Shown here: positions 62,383-64,000 of the stretch, piece by piece
Numbering within the stretch: position 1 is the stretch's first letter
Layout of the letters: each line of letters begins with the position of its first letter
From: an uncultured Gemmatimonadales bacterium
GTDB taxonomy: Bacteria; Gemmatimonadota; Gemmatimonadetes; Gemmatimonadales; GWC2-71-9
Assembly: GCA_963812085.1 (NCBI GenBank)
Contig: CAWETL010000005.1
Coordinates: 128,779-192,778, forward strand
Direction: 5' to 3'
Length of the DNA: 64,000 nt
Translations under genes and position numbers: made by a program
The notes under the pieces: model-generated
What the model saw: the letters and a program-made list of their open reading frames with translations, nothing else
Database searches by the model: none
Told to the model about the DNA's origin: nothing

Positions 62383-63440
62383 TACTCGAGCGGCAGGTGA
62401 ACGGGGCGGCCGTCGCGCGCCGAGAGGTAGATCCCGATCAGCAGTTCGAGGGAGCGCAGCCCTTCCCGGCCGTCGGTGTTGGCCTCCGCAGTGCCGCGCA
62501 GCGTCTGCACCACGTTTTCGTAGTACGCCGGATGACCGAAGCCGTACACCGAGGTCGTCTGGTAGCTCGCATCGGCCGCCACGGCGTCGTCCGGGTCCGG
62601 CGCGTCGAACTCCCAGTGCTCGATCTGGTTGACCGCCAGCCCCCCCACCCGCACCGTGCCCCGCTCCCCGATGATCGTGATCGACCCCTCGAGGTTCTTC
62701 GGGTAGGTCAGCATCGTCACGTTGATCGAGCCCAGCGCGCCGGAACGCCAGCGGATGTTGGCCACCCCGGTGTCCTCCACCTCGATGTGCCGGGCCAGCG
62801 TGGCGGTGAAGGCGTGCACGCATTCCACCGGACCGACCAGCCAGTCGAGCAGGTCCACATAGTGGCTGGCCTGGTTCATGAAGGCCCCGCCGTCGAACTC
62901 CCAGGTGCCCCGCCAGCGCGCGCTATCGTAGTACGACTGCGGGCGATTCCAGAACACGTTCACGTTCACCATGTAGATCTTGCCGAAGCGGCCCTTGTCC
63001 ATGGCGCGCTTGACCAGCTGGATCGTGGCGTTCAGGCGGTTCTGCTTGACGACGAAGAGCTTGACGCCCGCCTGGTCGCAGGCCTGGACCATGGCCTGGC
63101 CGTCGGACCACCGCGTGGCCATCGGCTTTTCCGTCACCACGTGCCGGCCGGCCTTCGCGATCTCGATCGTCTGCGACGCGTGGAGCCCGCTCGGGGTCGC
63201 CAGGATGACCGCGTCCGCGTTCGAGCCGGCCAGCAGTTCGGTGAGGGAGGCGAATCCGGGCACGCCCGTGGTGGCCACCGCGCGCTCCAGCGCGGCCGGA
63301 TCGGTGTCGGACACCGCCACCAGCTCCGCGTTGCTCGCGTGCCGGGCGATGGCCTCGATGTGCTTGCCGGCAATCCGGCCGCACCCCACGAGCGCAAAGC
63401 GGATCTTCCGGTTCAGGATCGGACCGCGTGATGCTGGCAT
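62379..63440 (-). CDS. Gfo/Idh/MocA family NAD-dependent oxidoreductase (sugar-nucleotide dehydrogenase-like)
   Basis: KIRFALVGCGRIAGKHIEAI Rossmann N-terminus and EKPMA motif. 353 aa. Confidence 0.88.
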   Translation of the reverse strand: MPASRGPILNRKIRFALVGCGRIAGKHIEAIARHASNAELVAVSDTDPAALERAVATTGVPGFASLTELLAGSNADAVILATPSGLHASQTIEIAKAGRHVVTEKPMATRWSDGQAMVQACDQAGVKLFVVKQNRLNATIQLVKRAMDKGRFGKIYMVNVNVFWNRPQSYYDSARWRGTWEFDGGAFMNQASHYVDLLDWLVGPVECVHAFTATLARHIEVEDTGVANIRWRSGALGSINVTMLTYPKNLEGSITIIGERGTVRVGGLAVNQIEHWEFDAPDPDDAVAADASYQTTSVYGFGHPAYYENVVQTLRGTAEANTDGREGLRSLELLIGIYLSARDGRPVHLPLEY

Positions 63441-63470
63441 CGTCGTCTTCGGGTTGGATGTGCTGGTATC

Positions 63471-64000
63471 TTAGCCGCGGCCGGGGGTCCCCGCCACGCT
63501 GGGCCCCACCACCTCGACCCCTTCTCGGCGGAGGCGGTCCAGCTCGTCCGCCGGCAGCCGGACCCGCACCTCGAACCCCGTCTCGGTGTCGTGGCGCTCC
63601 ATCACCTCGCCCAGCCGGTAGAGCGCGGCCACCCGCGCGCCGGCGGTGAGCGGAAGCCGGAGCCACACCGGCGGACGCACCAGCTGCTCGCGCTCGCGCA
63701 GCGCCGCGCGAAGCCCGGCCAGCCCGTCGGTGCGCATCGTGGACGTGAGGATCGCGCCCGGATGCAACGCCTGCACGCGGCGCCCGAACTCCACCGGGTC
63801 CGCCACGCGGTCCATCTTGTTGAATACCTGCAGCACCGGGCGGTCCTGCAATCCCAGCTCGGCGAGGACCTGGTCGACCACGGCCATCTGCTCTTCCCAC
63901 TCGGGGTGGCTCGCGTCCACGACGTGCAGCAGCACGTCGGCAAAGCGCGCCTCCTCCAGGGTGGCCCGGAAGCTGGCCACGAGATGGTGGGGGAGCTTCC
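63471..64000 (-). CDS. hflX: GTPase HflX, C-terminal part (gene continues beyond the right window edge)
   Basis: ATLEEARFADVLLHVVDASHPEWEEQMAVVDQVLAELG...VFNKMD...TSTMRTDGLAGLRAAL. The frame stays open to nt 64000. Confidence 0.85.
   Translation of the reverse strand, partial: KLPHHLVASFRATLEEARFADVLLHVVDASHPEWEEQMAVVDQVLAELGLQDRPVLQVFNKMDRVADPVEFGRRVQALHPGAILTSTMRTDGLAGLRAALREREQLVRPPVWLRLPLTAGARVAALYRLGEVMERHDTETGFEVRVRLPADELDRLRREGVEVVGPSVAGTPGRG

Noticed and set aside
1-64000. Searched by eye for CRISPR arrays, transposase, integrase or phage genes, toxin-antitoxin pairs, restriction-modification or other known defence-system signatures.
   Set aside because: No regularly spaced direct repeats and no protein with recognisable mobile-element or defence motifs. 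Every long, well-composed ORF is explained by a housekeeping or metabolic family. The only direct repeats are the 26-nt tRNA duplication and the OMP gene duplication.

Overview
High-GC (roughly 70%) bacterial chromosomal window, almost entirely coding and dominated by housekeeping genes. About 50 of some 63 protein genes lie on the minus strand, including one co-directional run of about 39 kb (14.1-53.0 kb) with many 1-16 nt start/stop overlaps.

Recognisable content:
- Translation and ribosome: rpsA, infC-rpmI-rplT-pheS-pheT, rpsU, obg, hflX (partial), and the methyltransferases rsmA, rsmD, rsmE and prmA.
- DNA metabolism: recN, xseA/xseB, recJ, dnaG, mutS2, dprA, and a DnaQ-like exonuclease.
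- Isoprenoid and cofactor genes: dxs, ispA-like, nadK, folD, coaD, hemW.
- Chaperone and redox regulators: hrcA-dnaJ, rex.
- Other blocks: an RsbV/RsbW/RsbU-type partner-switching module, an arylsulfatase, galK, a sulfide:quinone-oxidoreductase-like operon, two tandem beta-barrel OMP paralogs (one frameshifted), and a small glycosyltransferase/oxidoreductase block.

RNA genes: tRNA-Leu(UAA), a CAU-anticodon tRNA resembling ileX, and a tRNA-Val(CAC) gene carrying an internal 26-nt tandem duplication.

Regulatory sites I can read directly:
- A perfect Rex operator upstream of rex.
- A sigma70-like promoter plus a terminator hairpin in the infC leader.
- A similar promoter upstream of tRNA-Val.
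- Several intrinsic terminators.
- Two families of REP-like hairpin repeats.
- A recurring G-rich 15-mer.

I see no CRISPR array, transposase, integrase, phage genes or recognisable defence system. This is mostly an ordinary core-genome region.

The most system-like candidate for novelty is a translationally coupled pair at 54.5-56.3 kb. It combines an eRF1-like (baeRF-type) protein with GGK in place of GGQ and an HPF/RaiA-cold-shock-domain fusion.

Most long ORF-track entries not listed as features are shadow or antisense ORFs typical of high-GC DNA. Internal start codons were placed by counting residues in the ORF track and checking overlaps with neighbouring stops. Taxonomic origin is not determinable from the sequence alone; Gemmatimonadota-like is a low-confidence guess.
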